NCBI GenBank assembly: GCA_044866005.1
Contig: JBIOTN010000223.1
Coordinates: 2,354-66,353 of the forward strand
Source: Candidatus Rokuibacteriota bacterium
Lineage (GTDB): Bacteria; Methylomirabilota; Methylomirabilia; Rokubacteriales; DASRDR01
Direction of reading: 5' to 3'
DNA length: 64,000 nucleotides
The first letter of the stretch is position 1. Every line of letters begins with the position of its first letter. The notes beneath the pieces were generated by a model that did not search any database, was not told where the DNA came from, and saw only the letters and a list, made by a program, of their open reading frames with translations. Position numbers and translations under genes: made by a program. Positions 1-8,561 of the stretch are shown here, one piece after another.

Positions 1-1198
1 CGTCCAGGTCCTTGAACGGGATCACCGCGAGGACGGGGCCGAAGATCTCCTCGCGGGCGATCTTCATCGCGTTGGTGACCCCGCTGAAGATGGTCGGCTG
101 GAGGAAGTAGCCCTTGCCGTTCCCGACCGCGGCCCGCCCGCCGCCGGTCACGAGCTTGGCCCCTTCCTTCTTCCCCGCCTCGACGTACCCGAGCACCGTG
201 TCGAGCTGCTGTCGGGAGACGACGGGGCCCATGCGGGTGGCCTTGTCGAGCGGGTCGCCGACCTTGAGGCCCTTGACGCGCTCGGTGAGCTTGTCCAGGA
301 ACTCGTCGTGGACCCGCTGCTCGAGGAGGAGCCGCGAGCCCGCCGCGCACACCTCGCCCTTGTTGTAGAAGATGCCGGTCAGCGCCCCGCGCACCGCGGC
401 TTCCACATCGGCGTCGGCGAAGACGATGTTGGGCGACTTGCCGCCGAGCTCGAGCGAGACGCGCTTGAGGCTGCCCGCGGCCTCGCGCATGATCGACTTG
501 CCCACCTCCGTCGAGCCGGTGAAGGCGATCTTGTCCACGCCCGGGTGCCGCACGAGCGCCATGCCCGCCTTGCCCCCGGGGCCGGGCACCACGTTGAAGA
601 CGCCCGCGGGAAGCCCCGCCTCGGCCGTGAGCTGGGCGAACTTGAGGGCCGTGAGCGGCGTGAGCGAGGCCGGCTTGAGGACCACCGTGTTGCCGGCGGC
701 GAGGGCCGGGGCGATCTTCCACGTGGCGAGGAGGAAGGGGAAGTTCCACGGGACGATGGCGCCGACGACGCCGATCGGCTGGCGGAGCGTGAAGGTGAAG
801 GCACCGTCCCGGAGGTTCAGGGTCTCGCCGTGGATCTTCGTCGTCCAGCCGGCGTAGTAGCGGAGGACCTCCGCGGCGAACGGCAGCTCGACTTTGCCCG
901 AGTCGAAGAGCGTCTTCCCCGTGTTGACGCTCTCCAGGCGCGCCATCTCGTCGAGGTTCGCCGTGACGAGGTCGGCGAGCTTCCACAGGAGGCGTCCCCG
1001 CTCGGCGGCCGGCATCTTCGGCCAGGGGCCCTGGTCGAACGCGCGCCGCGCGGCCTGGACCGCGAGGTCGATGTCGCGCTCGTCGCCCTTCGCCACACGC
1101 GCGCTCTCCTCCTCGGTCGCGGGGTTGATGGTCGCGTACGTTTCCCCGGAGGCCGGGGCGTGCCACTGGCCGCCGATGAAGACCTGATCCGTCTGCAT
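1..1198 (-). CDS. NAD(P)-dependent aldehyde dehydrogenase (C-terminal part runs off window start)
   Basis: Own translation of the minus strand from the ATG at 1196-1198, preceded by GGAGGAGG, gives MQTDQVFIGGQWHAPASGETYATINPATEEESARVAKGDE... with ALDH hallmarks: FTGSTEVGK, ELGGKSP, and catalytic-Cys region GEVCAAGSRLL. It is absent from the ORF track because it lacks a stop inside the window. Confidence 0.85.
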   Translation of the reverse strand, partial: MQTDQVFIGGQWHAPASGETYATINPATEEESARVAKGDERDIDLAVQAARRAFDQGPWPKMPAAERGRLLWKLADLVTANLDEMARLESVNTGKTLFDSGKVELPFAAEVLRYYAGWTTKIHGETLNLRDGAFTFTLRQPIGVVGAIVPWNFPFLLATWKIAPALAAGNTVVLKPASLTPLTALKFAQLTAEAGLPAGVFNVVPGPGGKAGMALVRHPGVDKIAFTGSTEVGKSIMREAAGSLKRVSLELGGKSPNIVFADADVEAAVRGALTGIFYNKGEVCAAGSRLLLEQRVHDEFLDKLTERVKGLKVGDPLDKATRMGPVVSRQQLDTVLGYVEAGKKEGAKLVTGGGRAAVGNGKGYFLQPTIFSGVTNAMKIAREEIFGPVLAVIPFKDLD

Positions 1199-1434
1199 GG
1201 GTCCTCCTCCGAATGCTGGCGCGGGGTGGTGGCTACGAGTCTACCGTGCCTCCGCAGCGACGAAAAGCGCCGGGGCGTCTCCGCGCCCATACAGGGGTGG
1301 TCGCTCGACTGGCCCGCGAAGTCCTTATGGAGGCTGACCTCGCGGCGCTGACGGACCCGTGGCACGGCGGTCGCAACAGGCCGGGCGGGGAAGCCGTGGT
1401 TCTTCGACCTTCAACCTGCACAGGGAGGTGGCGC

Positions 1435-1845
1435 ATGGTGTCGGCCGGTCATCGAGCGGTGCACGTGTTCATGGGGCTCCTGGTGCTGGTGACGGCGCTC
1501 GGGATCGGGCCGGCCTTCGCGGCCGACCCGGCCCCGCCGGCGCAGGCCCACTCGACCGAGCCCACGGTGCGGGGCGTCGTGCGGGCGTCGAGCGCCACGG
1601 CGCTGTCTCTCGACGTCGGCACGCCGGGGAAGGAGCGGCGCTTCGCCGTCAACGACCAGACCGTCGTCATGTCCATGAAGCCGATGAAGCGGATCGCGGT
1701 GACGGAGCTGCGGAAGGGCGATCTCGTGACCGTGGCCTACGTCGAGGACGGCGGCCGCGCGGTCGCGAAGCGCGTGTGGCGGCGGCCCGCCCAGCCCGAC
1801 GGCGGCGGCGCCGCCGGGAAGGTGGACGCGGCGGCGCGCCGCTGA
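1435..1845 (+). CDS. small secreted protein of unknown function (signal peptide; paralogue of 7237-7749)
   Basis: ATG at 1435 preceded by GGGAGG. N-terminal signal peptide MVSAGHRAVHVFMGLLVLVTALGIGPAFAADP. Shares pattern TV.GVV...D.....L.V....K..RF.V.D.T.V....GD.V.V.Y with the 7237 ORF. Confidence 0.5.
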   Translation: MVSAGHRAVHVFMGLLVLVTALGIGPAFAADPAPPAQAHSTEPTVRGVVRASSATALSLDVGTPGKERRFAVNDQTVVMSMKPMKRIAVTELRKGDLVTVAYVEDGGRAVAKRVWRRPAQPDGGGAAGKVDAAARR

Positions 1846-1939
1846 CGCCGCGGACGCGGCGGCGCGAAGGGGTGCGGCGGGCGCGGCGGCGACGGCCTCG
1901 GGAGGACGCCGGGGTCGCGATCGTCGGCGCGCCGCGCCC

Positions 1940-3007
1940 TCACCGCGCCGGGAGCCCCGAGCGCTCGGCGAGCTCGAGCGCGGCCTCGGCCAGGCCGACG
2001 ACACGGTCCTCGAAGGCGGCGAAGCGGGCGTCCTGCGTCTGCCCCCGGTGGTACCGGACGTAGATCTGCTGGACCACGACCGCGACCTTGTAGAGCGCGA
2101 AGGTCTCGTAGAAGGCGATCCGCGCGACGTCGCGGCCGCTCCGCGCGGCGTAGCGGGCGAGGACCTCCGCGCGCGTCAGGAAGCCCGGCTCCGCCGTGAC
2201 CTGGCTGACCGACTGCCGCCGCGCCGGTGGGTCGGTCGGGTCGGCCCAGTAGCAGAGGAGCAGCCCGAGGTCGACGAGCGGGTCACCGAGCGTCGCCATC
2301 TCCCAGTCGAGGACGGCCACGACGCGGCCCGGGTCGGCGGGGTCGAGCATCAGGTTGTCGAGCTTGAAGTCGTTGTGCAGCAGGGTGGGCGGGAGCGCGG
2401 GCGGGACGCGCTCGGCGAGCCAGCGCGCGAGGTCGCGGATCGCCGGGATCTCGCGCGTCCGGGCGCGCTCGTACCGCTCCGCCCAGCCCCGGACCTGTCG
2501 CTCCACGAAGCCGGCGGGGCGGCCGAGGCCCCCGAGCCCGGCCGCCTCCCAGTCGAGCGCGTGGAGGGCGACCAGCGTGTCCACCGTCGCCTCGCTCACG
2601 CGGCGGCGGAGGGCGAGGTCGCCCCCGATCTCCGGCGGCACGCTCGCGCGCACCACCAGCCCGCGGCGGCGCTCCATGACATAGAACGGCGCCCCGATGA
2701 TCGCGGGATCCTCGCAGAGGAGGTAGGGCCGGGGGGCGGGCGGGAAGACGCGCCAGAGCGGTGCCAGGACGCGGTACTCGCGCGCCATGTCGTGGGCGGT
2801 CGGGGCGATCGGCCCGAGCGGCGGGCGGCGGAGGACGTAGGCCTGGTCGCCGAAGCGCAGGAGGTAGGTGAGGTTCGAGTGCCCGCCGGGGAACTGGCCG
2901 ACGGCGAGCGGGACGTCCGCGCCGGGGAGTCGCCCCCGGAGGTAGCGGGCGAGCGCGTCCCAGTCCAGCGCCTCGTCGGCGCGGACCGGGGCGGTATCAG
3001 GCTCCAT
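1940..3007 (-). CDS. phosphotransferase family protein (APH/ChoK-like kinase fold), typical acyl-CoA dehydrogenase neighbour
   Basis: 355 aa ORF. Brenner-type catalytic motif [11 protein letters not shown] and [10 protein letters not shown]; sits directly downstream of the ACAD at 3047-4240. Confidence 0.8.
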   Translation of the reverse strand: MEPDTAPVRADEALDWDALARYLRGRLPGADVPLAVGQFPGGHSNLTYLLRFGDQAYVLRRPPLGPIAPTAHDMAREYRVLAPLWRVFPPAPRPYLLCEDPAIIGAPFYVMERRRGLVVRASVPPEIGGDLALRRRVSEATVDTLVALHALDWEAAGLGGLGRPAGFVERQVRGWAERYERARTREIPAIRDLARWLAERVPPALPPTLLHNDFKLDNLMLDPADPGRVVAVLDWEMATLGDPLVDLGLLLCYWADPTDPPARRQSVSQVTAEPGFLTRAEVLARYAARSGRDVARIAFYETFALYKVAVVVQQIYVRYHRGQTQDARFAAFEDRVVGLAEAALELAERSGLPAR

Positions 3008-3046
3008 CCTGCCGGGCCGCGAAGCGAGGACGCCGGGACGCGACGC

Positions 3047-4240
3047 CTATCGGCCCGGCTCCTGGAAGTCGCGAAGGATCCGACGGGCCACCACCATCCG
3101 GTGCACTTCGTCCGGGCCGTCGTAGATCCGTGCCGCGCGGGCCTCGCGATAGAAGCCCTCGAGCGGCGTGTCGGCCGAGATGCCGGCGGCGCCGTGAGCC
3201 TGGATCGCCCGATCGATGACGTCGATCAGGACCCGGGCGCCGAAGAACTTGATGAGCGAGATCTCGAGCCGCGCGTCGAGCTTCTGATCCATCTTCCACG
3301 CCGCGTGGAGCGTCATGAGCCGCGCCGCCTGGATCTCGGCGGCGGAATCGGCGATCCAGTTCTGGATCGTCTGCTTCTCCGCGAGCGCGGACCCGAAGGC
3401 CTCCCGCCGCGTCACGTGGCGACACATCAGCTCGAGGCTCCGCTGGGCGACGCCGATCCAGCGCATGCAGTGCTGGATGCGTCCCGGCCCGAGTCGGGCC
3501 TGCGCGATCTTGAAGCCCGCGCCGCGCGGGCCCAGGAGGTTGCCGGCCGGGACGCGGCAGTCCTCGTAGCGGATCTCGCAGTGCCCGCCGCGCGCCCGGA
3601 CGTGTCCCATGACGGGGACCTGGCGGACGATCCGGAAGCCCGGCGTGTCGGTCGGGACGATGATGAGGCTGAACCGGCCGTGGGGCCCGGCGTCGGGGTC
3701 GGTCCTGGCCATCACGATCGCGAACGCCGCGCCCACCGCGCCCGTGGTGAACCACTTGTGCCCGTTGATCACCCAGGTGTCGCCGGCGAGGACGGCCGTG
3801 GTCCGGAGGTCTGTCGGGTCCGCGCCCGAGACCTCCGGCTCCGTCATCGAGAAGCAGGAGCGGACCTCGCCGGCCACGTTGGGGCGGAGGTAGCGGCGCT
3901 TCTGCTCCTCGGTGCCGTAGAGGTGGAGGACCTCGCAGTTGCCGGCGTCCGGCGCCTGGCAGCCGAAGACGATCGGGCCGATCGGGCTGCGCCCGATGAT
4001 CTCGTTGACCAGGGCGAGGCCGACCACCCCGATCCCCATCCCGCCGACCTCCTCGGGCATGTGGGGCGCCCAGAGGCCGCGCGCCTTGACCCGCGCCTGG
4101 AGCGCGCGCAGCCGCTCGAGCGGGAGCCCTTCCCCCTCGTCCACCATCTCCCGCTCCGCCGGATAGACCTCGCGCTCCATGACGTCCGTCACGGCGGTCC
4201 GGATCTGGTCGAGCTCGGGCGGAATGCTGAAATCGATCAT
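3047..4240 (-). CDS. acyl-CoA dehydrogenase
   Basis: Start at the ATG 4238-4240 (MIDFSIPPELDQIRTAV...) with GAGGAGG upstream; the longer ORF in the track is an N-terminal over-extension. ACAD motifs: FGCQAPDAGN, TGAVGAAFAIVMART, YDGPDEVHRMVVAR at the C-terminus. Confidence 0.85.
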   Translation of the reverse strand: MIDFSIPPELDQIRTAVTDVMEREVYPAEREMVDEGEGLPLERLRALQARVKARGLWAPHMPEEVGGMGIGVVGLALVNEIIGRSPIGPIVFGCQAPDAGNCEVLHLYGTEEQKRRYLRPNVAGEVRSCFSMTEPEVSGADPTDLRTTAVLAGDTWVINGHKWFTTGAVGAAFAIVMARTDPDAGPHGRFSLIIVPTDTPGFRIVRQVPVMGHVRARGGHCEIRYEDCRVPAGNLLGPRGAGFKIAQARLGPGRIQHCMRWIGVAQRSLELMCRHVTRREAFGSALAEKQTIQNWIADSAAEIQAARLMTLHAAWKMDQKLDARLEISLIKFFGARVLIDVIDRAIQAHGAAGISADTPLEGFYREARAARIYDGPDEVHRMVVARRILRDFQEPGR

Positions 4241-4448
4241 GGAGGACGCCTCCTCGAGCGGGCCGCAGCGGTCTGGGCGGCCCCAGTATAGCCGAGCGCG
4301 GGCGAGCGCTGGCAGCGCGGACCGCGGCCGCGAGGCTCGCCCCGGCGGGGCCGCGCGTGTTTGGCGGCGCGCCGGATTTGCAGTAAGATCGGACGGCCGT
4401 GGGCCCGGGGCCGGCGCGCAGGCCGCCGCGTGCCCCGGTGGAGGTGAT

Positions 4449-5969
4449 GTGGGCCTAGCCATCTTCGACTTGCTGCGCGGGGGCGCCGCGCTCGCCGCGG
4501 TCGTCCTCGCGATCTCCGTCATCCGGACGGTCTGCCGGCGACCGCCCCTCCGGCGCCTGAGCCTCGCCCTCTCGCTCGCCGCCGCCGCCGGCGGCCTCGC
4601 CCTCTTCCGCTACCTCGTCCCGTCGAGCGCCGAGCGGCTCGCCCCGTACCTCTTCGTCGGCTACCTGTTCGCGCTGGCTTACACCGCCTTCAAGCTCGTC
4701 GAGGTGATCCTCCTCGACGTCGTCACGGTACGCCAGGGCGGCGCGCCGCCGCCCGCGATCCTGCGCGACATCGTCTCCGCCATGTTCGCGGCCCTGATGC
4801 TGGTCATGCTCCTCCGCGCCGGGCTCGGGGTCGACGTCACCACCCTCGTGGCCACCTCCGCGGCGCTCTCCATCGTGCTCGGCTTCGCGCTCCAGGAGAC
4901 CCTCGCCAACCTGTTCGCCGGCCTGGCCCTGATGATCGAGCGCCCGTTCGAGCCGGGCGACTGGGTGCGGTTCGGCGAGCGGGTGGGCCGGGTGAAGGAG
5001 GTGAGCTGGCGCGCCGTCAAGCTCCAGCTCCTCCGGCAGGAAGACTCCCTGGTCATCCCCAACAGCGTGGTGGCGAAGAGCGAGATCGTGAACCTGAGCC
5101 AGCCCACCCCCCTCCACGGCCAGTCCGTCGAGGTCGGCGTCGCCTACGGGGAGCCCCCGAACCGGGTCCGCCAGGTCCTCATCGACGCCGCCCTCGAGGT
5201 CGAGGGGGTGGCGCGGGAGCCGCGACCGCGCGCCGCCGTGCTCCGGTTCGACAATTTCGCGGTCGTCTACCGGCTGACCTACTGGATCCAGAGCTTCGCC
5301 CACGTCTACGACATCGAGGGCGAGGTCCTCGCCCACATCTGGTACGCCTTCCGTCGCCACGGCATCCAGATCCCCTTCCCCATCTCCGACGTGCACTGGC
5401 GGGACGCCGGCGTGGCGGAGAGCGCGGCGCGGCACCAGGAGCTCGCGCGCGTCGCCGGGCTGCTCCGGAGCGTGGACTTCCTCGCCGCGCTCACGCAGGA
5501 CGAGATCGACCGGCTGACCGCCGCGGTGCGGTTCGAGCCGTTCCCCGGCGGGATGGTCGTCGTCCGGCAAGGCGACGCGGGGGACAGCCTCTTCGTCATC
5601 GCCGCGGGGCGCGTCCAGGTGACCGCCCAGCCGCCGGGCGGCGGTGCGGAGCGCCTGATCGCGGTGATCGAGGCCGGCAACTACTTCGGCGAGATGTCGC
5701 TCCTGACCGGGGCGCCGCGCTCGGCGACCGTCCGGACCCTGGAGGACACGGAACTGCTCGTCCTGACCCGCGACGCCTTGCGGCCGCTCCTCGTCAGCGA
5801 CCCCGCCGCGGCGGAGCGGCTCTCGCAGACCCTGGCGAAGCGCAAGGCCGAGCGCGACGACACGCTGCAACCGGTGAGCGTGGAGTCCCCCGTGTCGGGC
5901 GGCGACGTCTCGCCGTTCCTGCTGAGCCGCATTCGCCGGTTCTTCGGCCTGCTCGGGGGCGAGAGCTGA
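4449..5969 (+). CDS. mechanosensitive channel MscS family protein with C-terminal cyclic-nucleotide-binding (cNMP) domain
   Basis: GTG start at 4449 preceded by GGAGGTGA. Three or more N-terminal TM helices. MscS beta-domain: LGFALQETLANLFAGLALMIERPFEPGDWV. C-terminal CAP-type cNMP-binding domain: FEPFPGGMVVVRQGDAGDSLFVIAAGRVQV...GNYFGEMSLLTGAPRSATVRT. Confidence 0.8.
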   Translation: MGLAIFDLLRGGAALAAVVLAISVIRTVCRRPPLRRLSLALSLAAAAGGLALFRYLVPSSAERLAPYLFVGYLFALAYTAFKLVEVILLDVVTVRQGGAPPPAILRDIVSAMFAALMLVMLLRAGLGVDVTTLVATSAALSIVLGFALQETLANLFAGLALMIERPFEPGDWVRFGERVGRVKEVSWRAVKLQLLRQEDSLVIPNSVVAKSEIVNLSQPTPLHGQSVEVGVAYGEPPNRVRQVLIDAALEVEGVAREPRPRAAVLRFDNFAVVYRLTYWIQSFAHVYDIEGEVLAHIWYAFRRHGIQIPFPISDVHWRDAGVAESAARHQELARVAGLLRSVDFLAALTQDEIDRLTAAVRFEPFPGGMVVVRQGDAGDSLFVIAAGRVQVTAQPPGGGAERLIAVIEAGNYFGEMSLLTGAPRSATVRTLEDTELLVLTRDALRPLLVSDPAAAERLSQTLAKRKAERDDTLQPVSVESPVSGGDVSPFLLSRIRRFFGLLGGES

Positions 5970-5995
5970 GGGCGGAGCGGCGGACGGATCGCGCC

Positions 5996-6316
5996 ATGGT
6001 GAGGCTCTCGGTGATCTACCAGGGCCGCCCGCAGGATCCCGCGGCCTTCGACGACTACTACTGGTCGAAGCACCTGCCGACGGTCGTCCGCTGGCCGGGG
6101 GTCCGGCGGGTCGAGGTGGCGCGGGGCGAGCCAGGCGACGAGATCTACCAGATCTGCGACATCTACTTCGACTCGACCGAGGCCTTGCGCGCCGCGCTCG
6201 CGTCGCCGGAGCGCAAGGTCTCCCTCGAGGACGCCCGGCGCTTTCCCGCCTTCGAGGGCCAGGTCAAGCGGCAAGTCTTCGAGGTCCGCCCCTTCTCCAC
6301 GCCGCCTGCCCGCTGA
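5996..6316 (+). CDS. EthD-family protein (Dabb-like small enzyme/domain)
   Basis: 106 aa: MVRLSVIYQGRPQDPAAFDDYYWSKHLP...YQICDIYFDSTEALRAALASPE matches the EthD family profile. Confidence 0.6.
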   Translation: MVRLSVIYQGRPQDPAAFDDYYWSKHLPTVVRWPGVRRVEVARGEPGDEIYQICDIYFDSTEALRAALASPERKVSLEDARRFPAFEGQVKRQVFEVRPFSTPPAR

Positions 6317-6355
6317 GCTCGACCGGAGGGGCCGCGACGGTCCCCGTCGACGGTC

Positions 6356-6961
6356 CTAGGGAGGCTCGATCAGGATCACCGTGACGTCGAAGAGCAGGGT
6401 CTGCCCCGCCAGCGGGTGGTTGAGGTCCAGCACGACCGTCCCGTCCTTCACCTCGCGCACCCGCGCCCACAGCTCCCGCCCGCTTCGGGTCTGAGCGAGC
6501 AGGCGCGCCCCGACGCGCCGGGCGGTCGGGGGCACGCGGTCCAGGGCTACCTCCGTGACCGCGTCGGGATCGACGGGACCGTAGGCCTCTGCCGGCGTCA
6601 CGGTGATCTGCTTCCGCTCGCCGACCTTCATCCCCAGGAGCGCGCGCTCGAGACCCGGGATCAGCTCGCCCCGGCCGATCGTCACGACGAGCGGCGCGCG
6701 GCCACGGGTTCCGTCGAGGAGCTGGCCCGTGTCGCTCCGGAGCGCGTATTCGAGGTGGACCACGGAACCGGGCTGGACATCATGGGCCTCGTCGATGGGG
6801 CGGAGCTCCGGCGCCGGCTCCGTCGCGCTGTCCGGTGAGGCGGCGGGGCCGTCCGCCGTCTCGGCGGCCGCGGCGCAGCGCAGGCCCGCCCCGCCGGCCA
6901 GCGCCAGGCCCACCAGCAGCACCATGGCGGCGCGGCGACCGCGATGCCGGGGCGCGAGCAT
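6356..6961 (-). CDS. FKBP-type peptidyl-prolyl cis-trans isomerase, secreted
   Basis: Signal peptide followed by FKBP domain: VVHLEYALRSDTGQLLDGTRGRAPLVVTIGRGELIPGLERALLGMKVGERKQITVTPAEAYG. The start may be the internal M (MVLLVGL) at 6925. Confidence 0.8.
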   Translation of the reverse strand: MLAPRHRGRRAAMVLLVGLALAGGAGLRCAAAAETADGPAASPDSATEPAPELRPIDEAHDVQPGSVVHLEYALRSDTGQLLDGTRGRAPLVVTIGRGELIPGLERALLGMKVGERKQITVTPAEAYGPVDPDAVTEVALDRVPPTARRVGARLLAQTRSGRELWARVREVKDGTVVLDLNHPLAGQTLLFDVTVILIEPP

Positions 6962-7236
6962 GGCGCCATGCTACACCGGGCGGCGGCGGACCCCGGCAAA
7001 GTGGGTGATTCCCGGGTGTCTGCCTGTCCGACGACCCCGTTCCCCTTGGAACATGAGACGGCCGACCCGCCCGCCGCGGGCGCCATAAGTCATCGGGCGA
7101 CAACGCCTCCCGGCACTGCGGGGCGGCTGGCAGCGGGGTTGCTGCCCTTCCTCCGCGACGGCGGGAAGAACTCTGTCCGGTGCGCGGACAGCCACCCGGT
7201 GGCCACCGCCGGAAACCGCTAGAGAAGGAGGATGTC

Positions 7237-7749
7237 ATGGTGCGATTCCTGACGGTTCTGGCCGCGAGCGCGGCGAGCCTCGCGCTGGTCGTTGCGCCGG
7301 TCATGGCGCAGACCCAGACGCCGACGCCGCGTCCGGCTCCTGGCGCGCCCGGGGCGGCCCCGGCTCCCGGCGTCGAGAAGCCGAGCATGAAGGAGGTCGA
7401 GGGGACGGTGAAGAAGGTCGACCCGGCGGCCAAGTCGGTCCAGGTCTCCTCGGGCCTGCTCGGCCTCTTCGGGGCGACCCTCGAGGTGACCGACGACACC
7501 AAGATCCAGGTCCAGGGCAAGGAAGGCGCGTCGCTCGCGGACATCCAGGAGGGGGCGAAGGTGAAGGCCTCCTACGAGAGCCGCGACGGCAAGAACCTGG
7601 CGAAGAGGATCGAGGTGATGCCGGCGGAGGAGAAGACCTCGAGCCCGGCCGGGTCGCCGGCGCGGCCGCTGCCGCCGGCGGGCAGCCCGAGCCCGGCCCC
7701 GAGCGGGTCGTCGGCCCCGCCGCCCGCGGGGCAGCCGAAGACCCCGTAA
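7237..7749 (+). CDS. small secreted protein of unknown function (paralogue of 1435-1845), Pro/Ala-rich termini
   Basis: ATG at 7237 preceded by GAAGGAGGA. Signal peptide MVRFLTVLAASAASLALVVAPVMA. Core EGTVKKVDPAAKSVQV....ATLEVTDDTKIQ..GKEGASLADIQEGAKVKASYESRDGKNLAKRIEV is similar to the 1435 ORF. Confidence 0.5.
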   Translation: MVRFLTVLAASAASLALVVAPVMAQTQTPTPRPAPGAPGAAPAPGVEKPSMKEVEGTVKKVDPAAKSVQVSSGLLGLFGATLEVTDDTKIQVQGKEGASLADIQEGAKVKASYESRDGKNLAKRIEVMPAEEKTSSPAGSPARPLPPAGSPSPAPSGSSAPPPAGQPKTP

Positions 7750-7860
7750 CGCCGCCTCGCGCGGGTGGACCCTAGGATCGCGGGCGTGGCCGGGGCCTCC
7801 TCCGGCCGCGCCCGTGCCGTCTCCGGGGTCGCCGCCCCGCGTGGAGAAGGAGGACCGAGG

Positions 7861-8316
7861 ATGAAGGTGCAGGACATCATGACCCCGAATCCCGCCTGCT
7901 GCACTCCCGAGGACACGGCGCAGCGCGCCGCGCGCCTCATGAAGAACCTCGACGTCGGCGCCATTCCCGTGGTCGACAGCGAGCAGGCGCGGCGGCCCGT
8001 CGGGATCGTGACCGATCGCGACCTCTGCTGCGGCGTCATCGCGAGCGGCGCCGACCCCACGACCGCGACGCTTCAGGACCACATGACGACCGGGCCCATC
8101 TGCTGCCGGCCCGACGACGAGGTCGAGCACGTGAGCGAGCTCATGCAGGAGCGGCAGATCCGCCGCGTGCCGGTCGTGGACGAACAGGGCGCGCTCTGCG
8201 GCATCGTGGCGATGGCCGACCTGGCCGTCAAGGCGCCTCGGCAGGGCAAGGCCGGGGAGACGATCCGCGAGGTGTCGGAGCCGAGCTCGCAGGCCGAGCG
8301 CCAGCGTGTGGCGTGA
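7861..8316 (+). CDS. CBS-domain pair protein
   Basis: ATG at 7861 preceded by GGAGAAGGAGGA. Two CBS motifs: IMTPNPACCTPEDTAQRAARLMKNLDVGAIPVV and HMTTGPICCRPDDEVEHVSELMQERQIRRVPVVD. Confidence 0.75.
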   Translation: MKVQDIMTPNPACCTPEDTAQRAARLMKNLDVGAIPVVDSEQARRPVGIVTDRDLCCGVIASGADPTTATLQDHMTTGPICCRPDDEVEHVSELMQERQIRRVPVVDEQGALCGIVAMADLAVKAPRQGKAGETIREVSEPSSQAERQRVA

Positions 8317-8561
8317 CGCGATGGGAGGCGGCGCGGACCGCCGCCTCCAGCACGCCGGGCCCGCGCGGCGGCCGCCGCGTCCCCGCGCGGCGCCGCGTTC
8401 GGATGCGCCCAGGGCCTCTACTACGCGGCGACCGGCGTGTGGCCGCTCCTCAGCATGCGGACCTTTCTGCGGGTGACCGGCCCGAAGACCGACCTCTGGC
8501 TCGCCAGGACGGTCGGGGTGCTGGTCGGAAGGGGGGCGAAGCCCCCCGTCCGAAGTAGCGG

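Noticed and set aside
2048-4291. 747-aa plus-strand ORF, and many similar very long ORFs in the six-frame track (e.g. 7219-9243-, 8691-10307+, 12618-14156-, 20783-21967-, 22366-24123-, 25814-27415+, 30515-33943+, 36691-39534-, 40846-43176-, 45187-48315-, 46527-48515+, 51282-53504-)
   Set aside because: They lie antisense to or out of frame with ORFs that have clear family signatures. Their translations are Arg/Ala/Gly/Pro-rich low-complexity, typical of stop-codon-poor alternative frames in ~70% GC DNA.
8313-8558. 81-aa ORF downstream of the CBS gene
   Set aside because: Arg/Pro/Gly-rich low-complexity translation with no start context, in a convergent intergenic region.
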